Origin: Carcharhinus amblyrhynchos
Lineage: Eukaryota
NCBI GenBank assembly: GCA_965287045.1
Contig: OZ336871.1
Location: 107,818,001 to 107,882,000 of the forward strand
Length of the DNA: 64,000 bases
Direction: 5' to 3'
A model generated the notes under the pieces. It did no database searches. It worked only from the letters and a program-made list of their open reading frames with translations, and had not been told where the DNA came from. Of this stretch, positions 27,121-38,350 are shown piece after piece (the stretch's first letter is position 1; each line of letters opens with the position of its first letter). The translations under genes were made by a program, and so were the position numbers.

Positions 27121-27694
27121 GTGTTTATTAGACTTGGCATTGCCATGTGGCGCAGGAATTAGAGGCAATGGCCATAATTTTACCGTCCCGCCCACCATGG
27201 GAATTGGAGCAGGCGAGGTGCAGACCATGGAAAGGTACGTTGGCCTGGTGTGGGATTTTACAGTTTTGTGATGAATGGGGCATTAAAATCCTGCCCAATG
27301 TGTCTCAGCTGTCATAAGATTTTGCTTTAAAGTATTATTTAATTATTTGTGTGTCTAGATTTTTTACTTAATACAATTCAAATCCCTTTAAAGTTGACAT
27401 CCTTTTAGTTAATGTTAGTCTTCTGTTTAGCTCTATTTAATTAGTCTGATTATTTGTACATTCACTATTTGCTGTTGCTACTTGGTTTAAATTACACCTC
27501 TTTATCCTTCTGCACCAAAATTTCATCCTCACCAAATTCTTCACATCACTCTGCTTACCAAGCAACTCCGTTGAACCGATTCACAAAACTCTTACTCAGC
27601 TTTGCACTTAATTGGGATATGGTGAGGTTGTTCAAGGTCTATGGATTTCTCTATTATTCCCTGTGTCACACACCAGGTACAAGTAGAATAGGAA

Positions 27695-27890
27695 TACAGA
27701 CAGCACAGTGGTTAGCACTGCTGCCTCACAGCGCAGGGACCCAGTTTTGATTCCACTTTGGGCGACTGTGTGGAGTTTGTATGTCCTTGCGTTTCCTTTG
27801 GTTCCCTCCTGTTTCTCCGGTTTCCCCTCTCAGTCCAAATACTTACAGGTTAGGTCGATCAGCCATGTAAAATTGCACCCAGGGGATGTG
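27695..27890 (+). mobile_element. HE1-like SINE, 5' part
   Basis: cagcacagtggttagcactgctgcctcacagc head. Confidence 0.8.
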
Positions 27891-28026
27891 AAGAGGAAAA
27901 TAAAGCGCACAAAGACAAATATGAGAACAAAATGGCTGCTAATACAGAAGACAACCCAAAAATCTTCTGCCAGCCTTTAAGCAGGTTGTAAGAAACCAGT
28001 TGGGGCCAAAAAGGGAGAAGGAAAGC

Positions 28027-28915
28027 AATTCAATTTGATTTATTATTGTCACATGTATTAGTATACAGTGAAAAGTATTGTTTCTTGCGCATTATACAGA
28101 CAAAGCATACCATTCATAGAAAAGGAAAGAAGAGAGTGTACAATGTAGTTTTACAGTCATAGCTCAGATGTAGAGGAAGATCAACTTAATACAAGGTAGG
28201 TCCAGTCAAAAGTCTGATGGCAACAGGGATGGAGTGTTTTTGAGTCGGTTGGTACGTGTCCTCAGACTTTTGTATCATTTTCCCTATGGAAGAAGATGGA
28301 AGAGAGGATGGCAGGGATATGCGGGATCTTTTATTACTGCTTTTCTGAGGAAGCGGTAAGTGTATCAATGGATGGGAGGCCTGTTTGCCTGATGGACAGA
28401 GCTTTGTTCACGTCCCTTTGTAATTGTTTGTGGTCTTGGGCAGAGCAGGAGCCATACCAATCTGAGATACAACCAGAAAGAATGCTTTCTATGGTACATC
28501 TATAAAAATTGGTGACAGCCATAGCCAACATGTGAAGTTTCCTTAGCCTGCTGAGAAAATAGAGGCATTTGTGGACTTTGTTACCTGTAGCTCCAGCGTG
28601 GCACTCTAGGACAGGTTGTTGGTGATCTGGATACCTAGAAACTTCAAACTCTTGACCATTTATGCTTCATTTCCATTGATGTAGACAGGGATATGTTCTC
28701 CACTACGCTTCCTGAAGTTGATGACCATCTCCTTCATTTAGTTGACATTGAGAAAGAGATTATTATCATTGCACCAGCTCACCAGATTCTCCATCTCTTT
28801 CCTGTACTCCGTCTCATTGTTGTTTGTGATCTGACCCCTACACTGGTGTTATCAGCAAACTTGAAAATAGAATTAGAGGGGAATCTGGCCACACAGTCAT
28901 AGGTATATAAGGAGT
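28027..28915 (-). mobile_element. Rex1/Babar-like LINE 3' fragment inserted into an older CR1
   Basis: NFYRCTIESILSGCISDWYGSCSAQDHKQLQR motif; tail gtcacatgtattagtatacagtgaaaagtattgtttcttgcgc, with a related tail in opposite orientation at 42055-42185. Confidence 0.75.
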
Positions 28916-30275
28916 AACTGCAGGCCAATCAGTGTACCAGCAATGGGAGTAATGTTTTAGAAACAGGGATGGAGGAAATAAATTAACATGCATTTGGAGA
29001 GGTTTGAGTTAAAAAAAACAGCCAACACAGACTCATAAAAAGCGGATTGTGTTGATTAATCTAATTGAATTTTTTGAGGTAATGGAAAAGGTTGACAAAG
29101 GAATGGAAATAGATGTTGTCCGCATAAATTTTCAGGCAAGTTAATAAAATTGAGCCCCATTTGAATGGAAGATCAGTACCAGCTAGGATAAAACAACTCT
29201 TTCTTATAAAAAAAATCAGAATTGTGAGTTCTGATGAATAATGTTTTTTTCAGGATGATGGGTGGAAGATAGTGGTGTTCCCCATGGATGGCATCAGGAC
29301 CACTATTCTTCTGATATGTATAAATAACATGGATATTGGAATACCAAGTAAAATTTGCCAATGATGCCAAACTTGGAGGTAAAGGAAACAGTGAGAATGA
29401 TACCAATCGACTGCAACAGGACATAAGCTAACAGAATGGACGTGTAAGTGACAAATGGAATTTTAGATGGATCAGTGTGAGGCGATGCATTTAAGAGGCA
29501 ATATATGCTAAATGGCACAACTATGAAGTGTGCTGGGACACAGGACCTTGCGGCGGGGGGAGAGTGGTTATGTGCATTTGCCTTTGAAGGCAGGAGGCCA
29601 TATTCGGAGCAAAGTTAGCAAAGCATATGGGGACTTGAGTTTCATGAATCAAAGTATTGAATAGGAAAGCAGGAAAGTGATGATGAATGTTAAAAAAAAT
29701 TCTGGTTAGACCACAACTAATGTAGTTGTATGGTCCTGGTCACCATATTTTAGGAAGGATGTAAAGGTCGTTGGTAGGATGCAGAGCAGGTTTACCAGAA
29801 TAGCTCTAAAGGATAGGGAATTTACCTATAAGGAGAGGGAGCGGGAGGAATTTCTGTTTTGTTGGAGAAATTGAGGTTGTATTCCTCAGAGTGAAGGAGC
29901 ATGAGGGGAGAGTTGGTAGAGATGTCAAGGTTATGACTGTTTAGGTGATGTAGACTACAAAGAAAAGCCATTGTCACTTGCTGACCGTACATGACTAGGG
30001 GAGATGGACTTAAAGTTTTCGGCAAAAGGTACGGGGGGTGTGAGGAAGAATTTATTTTACACAGCGACTGGTAATGATCTGGAATTCTCTCCCTTCTAGT
30101 GTACTAGAAGAGGAGATCTTCAATGATTTCAAAAGAAAATTGGATAGGTACTTGTAGGAAAGAAACTTGCTGAGCTATTATAGATTCGGGGAATGAGGCT
30201 GACAGAATTGCTCCAGAGAGCGGCATGGACTCGATGGGCTGAATTACTTTGTTTTGTGCTGTAATGACTCTGATT
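28916..30275 (+). mobile_element. Old CR1 RT and 3' end
   Basis: SKFANDAKLGG-like and other decayed RT motifs; gactcgatgggctgaa tail. Confidence 0.75.
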
Positions 30276-30578
30276 CTAAGTACAAGTCTTGGGGCTGCAT
30301 TTCTGATCAAGAGTTGGACAGCAGACATGGTCCAGATCACCACTGCCGAATGGAAATCCCAGTTGGAGCAGCAACAGGGCCTAACAGGCTCATTAATTTA
30401 AATCTAATTAACCCAAGTTGGCCAGCTTGCCTGCTGGCAAATGATCCAACCTGCGCCAGACTCTTTCAAAATGGGTCGGGATGGTGGCAGCGAACTTTTA
30501 CAGAGGCCAGGAGTGCCAAATTGCAGGCTCGTTCACTTCAGATCCAGATCCAGATCCAAACCTGTTTTAAAAATGCAG

Positions 30579-30815
30579 TAAAAAGTCTGACAACACCAGG
30601 TTTTAGTCCAGCCGATTTGTTTGATAATACTCAGAAGCTTTCGAGGGGACTGCCTCTTCGTCAGGTGAATGGAGAGTTCTCCATTCACCTGACGAAGAGG
30701 CAGTCCCCTCGAAAGCTTCTGAGTATTATCAAACAAATCGGTTGGACTAAAACCTGGTGTTGTCAGACTTTTTACTGTGTTTACGCCAGTCCAACGCCGG
30801 CATTCCCACATCATG
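30579..30815. mobile_element. Palindromic non-autonomous PLE insertion with a 13-bp TSD
   Basis: Arms 30576-30675 and 30678-30777 are complementary with one G:T pair; unique PLE 3' tail 30778-30815; direct repeats tttaaaaatgcag at 30566-30578 and 30816-30828. Confidence 0.9.
30683..30724 (+). ncRNA. Minimal hammerhead-ribozyme-like motif (mirror copy on the minus strand at 30629-30670)
   Basis: attcac-CTGACGA-a-GAGG-cagtcc-CCTC-GAAA-gctt-ctgagt: core boxes, 4-bp stem II, palindromic AAGCTT in place of stem III, imperfect stem I. Confidence 0.65.
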
Positions 30816-30840
30816 TTTAAAAATGCAGCCCTTGGTCCTC

Positions 30841-31385
30841 CTGTGTTAGGATTAACCTGATTTAACATTTAAATTGCAATTTTCCACATGATTGTACATG
30901 AGTGTTCGTAATTATCCCAGGAGGTAAATCATAGCAAAAGTACAAGTTGATGGCCTTGTATCTAACTCTACAATGTCTGGATTCAGATGTTTGTCTTGTA
31001 TATGTGTACCTGTATGTATGTGCACACATCAATGAAGTTGTGTATAGATTTTTTATATATTTACTTTTGCATGGCTGTTCTTCCCTTGTTATTACAGTCA
31101 CAGTGGTGACATGTAAACATGCTGAAAAAGAATACAAATATTTTCATGTTCATACTGAAGCATTCATTACTAAATGGAATGCTAACCTCCCGACCTAGGC
31201 AACGTAATTGGCATTGTTGTCATTCTGGAACTGTTGTTAATTGAGATTATGGAATCATGCTTAATATGGAAAAAAAAAGGTCGAGTCCCACTAAAAATGA
31301 AATGTCACAATTGCTGAAGTAAGTAATAACATACTCATGCAGAAAATTGCAATTTAAATGTTAAATTAGGTAAATCCTAACATAG
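30841..31385. mobile_element. MITE-like element with about 50-bp terminal inverted repeats
   Basis: ctgtgttaggattaacctgatttaacatttaaattgcaattttccacatga versus tcatgcagaaaattgcaatttaaatgttaaattaggtaaatcctaacatag; no clear TSD. Confidence 0.65.
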
Positions 31386-31781
31386 AACAAGACTTGCATA
31401 TTATATAATGCCTTTCTCAGCCCCAGGATGTCCCAAAGCACTTTCAATCCAATTAAATAACTTTGAAATGTAGCCAGTGTTGTAATGTAGGAAATATAAA
31501 TATTCACTTATATTAACATTACACACCAGAACTGTGTGAGAGTTAGGTGAATCTACTAAATGGAATGACTTGCTGGACTGAGATACTGGGGTAATGAAGT
31601 ACAGTTCCTTGCAGTTCCTATAATTTCACAATGTGTTAATACAGTATTCTGTTTAAACCATTCACAAATATATATTTTAAATTCATTGAGAACCGGGTAG
31701 CATTTAGTGATGTTCTTTCACCCCAGCACACAGAAAAGGTCTCCTTTTGTGCTGCAGTCATTCTGAAATTCTATGATTACG

Positions 31782-33230
31782 AGAACATAAAAACTAAGAG
31801 CAGGAATAGGCAACTCAGCCCCTTGAGCCTGCTCCACCATTTAATACAATCTTCTCTCAGCCTCATCTCCACTTTCCTGCCCATTCTCCATAACCCTTCA
31901 ACCCATGACTAATTAGAAATCTCTCTTTGCAAATTTACATAATGTCGCAGCATCTACCACACTGTGGGGTAATGAATCCTACAGATTTACGATCCTTTAG
32001 GAGAATCCCTGTTTTGAATTTGCTACCCCTTATTCTAAAAGTGTGACCTCTTATTCTAAATTGCCCCACAAGAGGAAACATCCTTTTTACAGCTACTTTG
32101 TCAATATCTTTTATCATCTTATGGATCTTAATTACATCTCTCATTCTTCTAAATTCCAGAGAGTATAGGCCTAAACTGCTCAAACTCTCTTCATAAGACA
32201 AACCCCTCATCTTAGAATTTAGTGAACCTCCTGTGAACTGCTTCTAATGTCACTACATCCTTCCTGAAATAAAAAGATGAAATCTATATGCAGTACTCCA
32301 GGTGAGGCCTTACCACTTCATTGTATAGTTGCAGCAACGCTTACTTACTTTTATACTCTATTCCTTTAGCTTTGAGTGCCATAGGGCGGCACAGTGGTTA
32401 GCACTGCTGCCTCACAACGCCAAAGACCTGGGTTTGATTCCCGGCTTAGGACACTACCTGTGTGGAGTCTGCATGTTTCCTCTGGGTACTCCGGTTTCCT
32501 CCCGCAGTCTGAAAGACGAGCTTGTTAGGTGCATTGGTCATGGTAAATTCTTCCTCAGTGTACCCGAACAGGTGCCAGAGTGCAGCAACTAGGGGATTTT
32601 CACAGTAACTTCATTGCAGTGTTAATGTAAGCCTACTTGTGACACTAATTAAATAATGTATTTGTTTCTTTTATTATTTGCTGCACCTGTATACCAGTTT
32701 CCTGCAACTCATACACGACAACATCCAGATAAATTACCTTTCCATTTTTCTGACCAAAATGGATAACCTCGCACTTATCCATGTTAAACTCCATTTGCCA
32801 CATTTTGGCCCACTCACCTAACCTATTTATATCCATTTGGAAACTTCTTATTTCCTCATTGCAATTTGATATTCCACTTAGTTTAGTATCATCTGCAAAT
32901 TTGGCTATGGTACCATCTATCCCTGCTTCCAATCATTAATATAGATTGTAAATAGTTGGGGCAAGAGGATCGAACCTGACTAGGTACATGTTGCCAACTA
33001 GAAAAAGACCCACTTGTTCCAACTCTCTGCCTTCTGTCAGTTAGCCAGCCTTCAATCCATGCTAATAAATTACCCCTAACCCCATGTGATCTTACCATGT
33101 GTATTAATCTTCTGTGCGGCACATTATTAAATGCCTTCCTGCAGTCCAGGAAGGATCCCCATTCTCCATTTGGCTTGTTGCATCTTTGAAGAACTCAAGC
33201 AAATTAGCCAAACACGATTTACCCTTGCAA
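31782..33230 (-). mobile_element. CR1 RT and 3' end interrupted by an HE1-like SINE (+, about 32383-32655)
   Basis: AKFADDTKL, WQMEFNMDKCEVIHFG and LGLYSLEFRRMR motifs; SINE head gggcggcacagtggttagcactg. Confidence 0.9.
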
Positions 33231-34489
33231 AATAAATTCGAGCTGTGCATGGTGCAAACTGCCTCACACTAGCAAGCAAGAACCCAATCTGTTTTCAAAT
33301 GGCATTGTTAAAGGGAGGAACACTGGTCAAGACTCTGGGTAGAACTGCATCTTTGATTGGTGCGTGGAGTTTTGAGATCATTATGCACACCAACAGAACA
33401 ATTGAACAGAACCCCATTGCAGGTCAGAGTGTTCAACGTTGTAACTTACTTTCTATTTTGCCCTCGTGTGTCAGCCTTGTCGATAAGCTGAAATCCTAGT
33501 TTGACGCTTACAAACATTTTGACTCAGTGCAGACAGTGCACTTTACAATAAACTGAAAAATTCTAAGCATTTAAAATATCTAATTGAAGCTTCTAGTTAA
33601 CTTTGTAACTGAAAATTTAGCAGTTACAGACAATACAGAAAAAATCTGGGATTGAATTCTTAAATAGCCCCATGCATTAATCATTGGTGCATTTTCTAAA
33701 GTCTACTTGATTCCCAATATTTTTGTTACCTGCCTGAGCTATATCAACTTACTTTTATCTTTGTCTTTGAACTGCCTAACTGAAATCTTCATCGATCATC
33801 CATCATCTTTTACTTCTTTTCAGCTTCCTAAAGTAATTATTCATTATAAATAAATACTGTGGCTACGATAGTTGTTCAGAGGCTGTGAATTCTGCAGTAA
33901 GTAACTCATCTCCTGATTCCTCAAAGCTTGTCCACCATCTATAGGACAGGAGTGTGATGGAATATTCTTTACTTATCTGCATGTGTGCAGCTCCAACAAC
34001 GAGGTCAACAACCCTCAGGACAAAGCAGCCTCCTTGATTGGCAAGCCATCCAGTACAATAAACATTCACTTCCTCCACCATTGGCACACAGTGCCACCTA
34101 CAATGCACCACAGCACTGAAGTTCCTTTGACAGCACCTTCCAAATCCACAACCTCTACTATTTAGAAGGACAAGGGCATCAGGCACACGGGAACATCATC
34201 ATCAGTAAGTTCCTTCCAATTCACACACCTTTAACTGAAACATGGGAATCAATGTTCAAGCAATGGTTAGGTTCTGTAAGACTTTCCTGATCAAAGAACA
34301 AAAATTAAAATATTATACCCCTCTCTAAGTTGAAATATTTTACATTGCTAAATTCTTGATCGTTAAATGAAATAACTTTTGAAATGAGTTTAAAAGTAGA
34401 GAAGAAAGATGTAACTTTTAATGAGGAATAACTCCTGATTTCTGAACCTACTGGTCGGTGCAGATCCTCATCCTTTCCAAAGTCAGATT

Positions 34490-35125
34490 TATGGCCTCTT
34501 CCCTCCCTACTTCCTCAGTTGCGGCCTCTCCCCCTTTCCCCTCTGCATGCCTATGATTGCAGCCTCTCCCCATCTTCCCTCCCTGACCTCAATATTGTGG
34601 CCTTCCTGCTTGCCACACATTCACCCCCACCACGAGCCTACCCTCCAGCCCAGCCTCTCACTCTCCCTCTCACTGTTTCCATCTTCTGGACCTGCATTTC
34701 CCATTCAAAATCCAGATCTGATCCGAAGTTGGAGTTCCGAAATTGTGGGTGTGTGAATCCCAGTGGTACAAGTGTGCCAAGCTGGGACTGCTACAATTCA
34801 TATTTGTTTTGTAAATGCTCCTACCAACAAGGGCTTGGGAGAAGAACATCCAAGCAGAAGCATTCAAAAACAGCCATGGACTGTAGCAGTCCCAGCTTGG
34901 CACTTCTGTGCTATTGGGACTCACACACTGACAATATCGAAGCTCCTATTTCGGATCAGATCTGATTCTTCAACCAGAACAGTTGGTCCAGGAGAAGGAA
35001 ATGCTGAGAGTGTGAGTCAGGGAGTTGCAAGTTCAGCCAGAGGGTGGGTGGGAGAGTGGGAAGAGGCCACAAATCAGACGATGGAGAGGGGAGAGGCCAC
35101 AACTCATGGAGTGTGGGAGGCTGCT
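34490..35125. repeat. Long imperfect inverted repeat (foldback/MITE-like)
   Basis: Core arms 34713-34819 and 34859-34964 (cagatctgatccgaa...gtgccaagctgggactgctaca / tgtagcagtcccagcttggcac...ttcggatcagatctg); outer pyrimidine-rich and purine-rich arms are loosely complementary. Confidence 0.8.
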
Positions 35126-35634
35126 CCAAAATGGTGCTAATCATGTCCTGCAGGAAATGATGTTGAAATGGATCTTGTGATGCTCAATAAGATTACAAGC
35201 CCCATTTGCTGACTGACATTAAAGCGAAACAACAGTAAATAGGACAGCATTAAATAAGGACTTACTGTATATCAGCGTTCCACCATTGTCACTGGGTCAA
35301 AATTCTGGAGCTCCCTTCCTAACAGCATTGTAGGTTGCCTACACCAAATAGATTGCAGTGGTTCACGTACACCACTGCTCCTTCACTGTGGCTGAAGCAC
35401 CTTTCCTAGTGGCACTGTGGATGTACCTACACCACAAAGACTGCTGTGTGCCATCACCTTCTCAAGGGCAATTAGAACTGAGCAATAAATACTGATTTTT
35501 CCAGGGATCCCCACATTCTAACAACAATGATAGAAAGCTCAACTCTGCTTTTACCTCTTTTTCAGCACTCCTGTTACTGTTATTCCATTGCTTAAAGGGA
35601 TTTATCAATGTTCCAGTTTTGCAAAATCATCTAA

Positions 35635-35945
35635 ATCATAGAATTCCTACTGTGTAGAAGGAGACCATTCGGCCCATCGAGCCTACACTGACAACAATCC
35701 CACCTAGGCCCTACCCCTTTAACCCCACCTATTTACCCTGCTAATCCCCCTGATACCAAGGGGCAATTTAGCATGGCGAATCAATCTAACCTGCACATCT
35801 TTGGATTGCAGGAGGAAACTGGTGCACTTGGAGAAAACCCATGTAGACACGAGGAGAACATGCAAACTCCACACAATCACCAAGACTGGAATCGAACCTG
35901 GGTTCCTGGTGCTGTGAGGCAGTCGTGCTAACAGCTGTGCCATCT
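35635..35945 (-). mobile_element. tRNA-derived SINE with a CR1-type tail
   Basis: Colinear with the 18190 and 20447 copies. Confidence 0.85.
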
Positions 35946-37407
35946 TGCTTCCCTATCTAAAATATTAACCCATCAATTCCCTTTCTGATGCTACAGGACC
36001 TGTTGTGCATTTCCAGAATGTTCCATTTTATTTCAGCTTTTCAGTGGATGCTGTTGCCTTTATAGCTCTGCGTTTCACCTAATTTTCTTTAAAAGGAGTC
36101 TATGTGCTGATGTAGGGTGACTTAGTTTTTTTTACATCCCTGTTAAGTCCTATCTTTCCCTGAACTACAGACAATTGCAGAATGAGGTGCAAAAAGGTAG
36201 GACTCAAAAGATCTCTGGACATTTTCCTATGTTAATGTTTCTGCCCTCTGCCTCTTCCAATCACATCCACCCCCACCCCAAAGTAAAGGACCTCATGTAA
36301 TGAAACCCGCAGTATGTCACCTTGCTCATCTGTGACGCACAGCCAGACTATTGTATTATTATAAGGACCATATCAATTTCTAACCTGTTCAAAAGAAAGC
36401 ATTAATTTAATTTAAATTATTAATTGAATTAGTAAATTGTAAATTTAATATTGAGTAATGGATGGCCTCACTCCTATTGAGGAAAAAGTGAGTGAATGCA
36501 CTATTTTAAAATGTTGTTCTGCAGTGGGGACTTCGATTTTCCACTTGCTATTGGTATTAACATTAAATAAATGTACTACAACAATTTAGCCTTGAGAGTC
36601 AGGGATAATGGGACAGTTTGCTCTTTGACTTAGTTTATTAATTTGATGCCAAAGAGGGTGAAAATGTCTCGCAATAATTAACCTCAGTTTCTGGGCATGG
36701 AAAGACCATAAAAATGTATTTATTCTAGGCTGCTAACTAGTAAGCTAAATATCTCCCTGCTGCCACTCTTCTAATCTCAACAACTATGGTGTACCAAGCA
36801 TTGGTTGATGACTACCTGCACTTGAACCTTTCAGGGAATGAGGCATGGGAGACACCACTAATATCTGGTGTTGTGTGTGAGGTGGGGGGGGGGGCAGGGG
36901 AGAGAATGGATGAATAAGTTACTATTGTCCTGTTTTTCCAGTTATCATTTTGTACAAGATTGATAGCCCTGTCAGTATTGTAATGCAGTAGGTCTTCTGC
37001 ATTGATTTTTAGCTTCTCTGCAGCACAGCAAAGGCTGTTTCATCTGTATGTGGAGAGCTATTTTGTCCTGTAGTTCAGCAGCACTGGGGTGTGCAATGCG
37101 AAAATTCTGCATGGATGTTCTAACCTGCTCATGCTTCACACTCAATTGATCAGAACATTTGCCATTTGGAGTTATATTCTTTAAAATGAACACTCTATAG
37201 CACAAAGTAATTTAGCTTTATTTCAGGGAATAAATGGTTTAAAATAGTTTAAGTTAGCATGCAAATGGGAGGGGTGAAGCTGAGAAGTGTTTACATTTTT
37301 ATTTAATGTTGTATTTTCAGTCTTGAATTAAGATGAGTAATAATAGTACTCCTGATGCCTGAGTATATTTAGTCTAGGAAACATTAGTTTAGGAAAATGT
37401 ATTATCA

Positions 37408-37715
37408 ACACTAGGGGACATAGATTTAAGGTGAGGGGCAGGAGGTTTAGAGGGGATGTGAGGAAAATCTTTTTTTACCCAGAGGGTGGTGATGGTCTGG
37501 GATGCGCTACCTGGGATGGTGCTGGAGGTGAGTTGCCTTACAACCTTTAAAAAGTCCCTGGATGAGCACTTAGCTTTGAATGTTATGATGTGCCATGGGC
37601 CAATTACTGGTGACTGGGATTAGATGGGGGGGGGGGTGTCAGGTGTTTCTCGTCAGTCAGTGCAGATTTGATGGCCCAAAGGGTCTCTTGTGCACTGTAG
37701 GATTCAATGATTCTA
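37408..37715 (+). mobile_element. CR1 3' fragment
   Basis: actaggggacatagatttaaggtgaggggcaggaggtttagaggggatgtgagg followed by a CR1 tail. Confidence 0.8.
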
Positions 37716-38044
37716 ACTTATACGTCCTTTCGTAAAGGACTTTGGCAATGCATTTTTGTAATACATGAAATGCTTCATGTGATTCCTCTGATCCACCCAG
37801 TTTTATATCATCCGTAAATTTGATCACTTTGTATTATGTTTCTGATCCCTCAGGTTATTTATTTAAATGGGAAACCAGAGCAGTCTCGCACCGAACTCTG
37901 GGACTCCATCTCCACCCTCCTACTTCCGTCCCCCCAAATCAAGTAACTCCTCTAACCAGTAGCTTTTATTTTAGCCCTCAGTCAGTTCCTTATCTATTCA
38001 CAGGGTTTGCCCTGAATTCAGACTGAGCTGGGCACAGTGAGCAT

Positions 38045-38350
38045 TTTAATGTTTATTTATTAGTGTCACAAATAGGCTGACATTAATACTGCAGTGAAGT
38101 TACTGTGAAAATTCCCTAGTCGCCACTCTCTGACACCTGTTCAGGTATACTGAGGGAGAATTTAGCATGGCCAATGCACCTAACCAGCACGTCTGTTAGA
38201 CTGTGGGAGGAAACTGGTAAGCCCAGAGGAAACCCACGCAGACACAGGGAGAACGTGCAGACTCCGCACGGTGGTCCAAGCCGGGAATTGAACCCACGTC
38301 ACGGGTGCTGTGAGGCAATAATGCTAACCACTGTGCCATCGTGCAACCCC
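38045..38350 (-). mobile_element. HE1-like SINE
   Basis: Colinear with 3451-3760. Confidence 0.88.

Noticed and set aside
30254-30868. Two overlapping opposite-strand ORFs with nearly the same peptide
   Set aside because: A direct consequence of the DNA palindrome; not evidence of coding.
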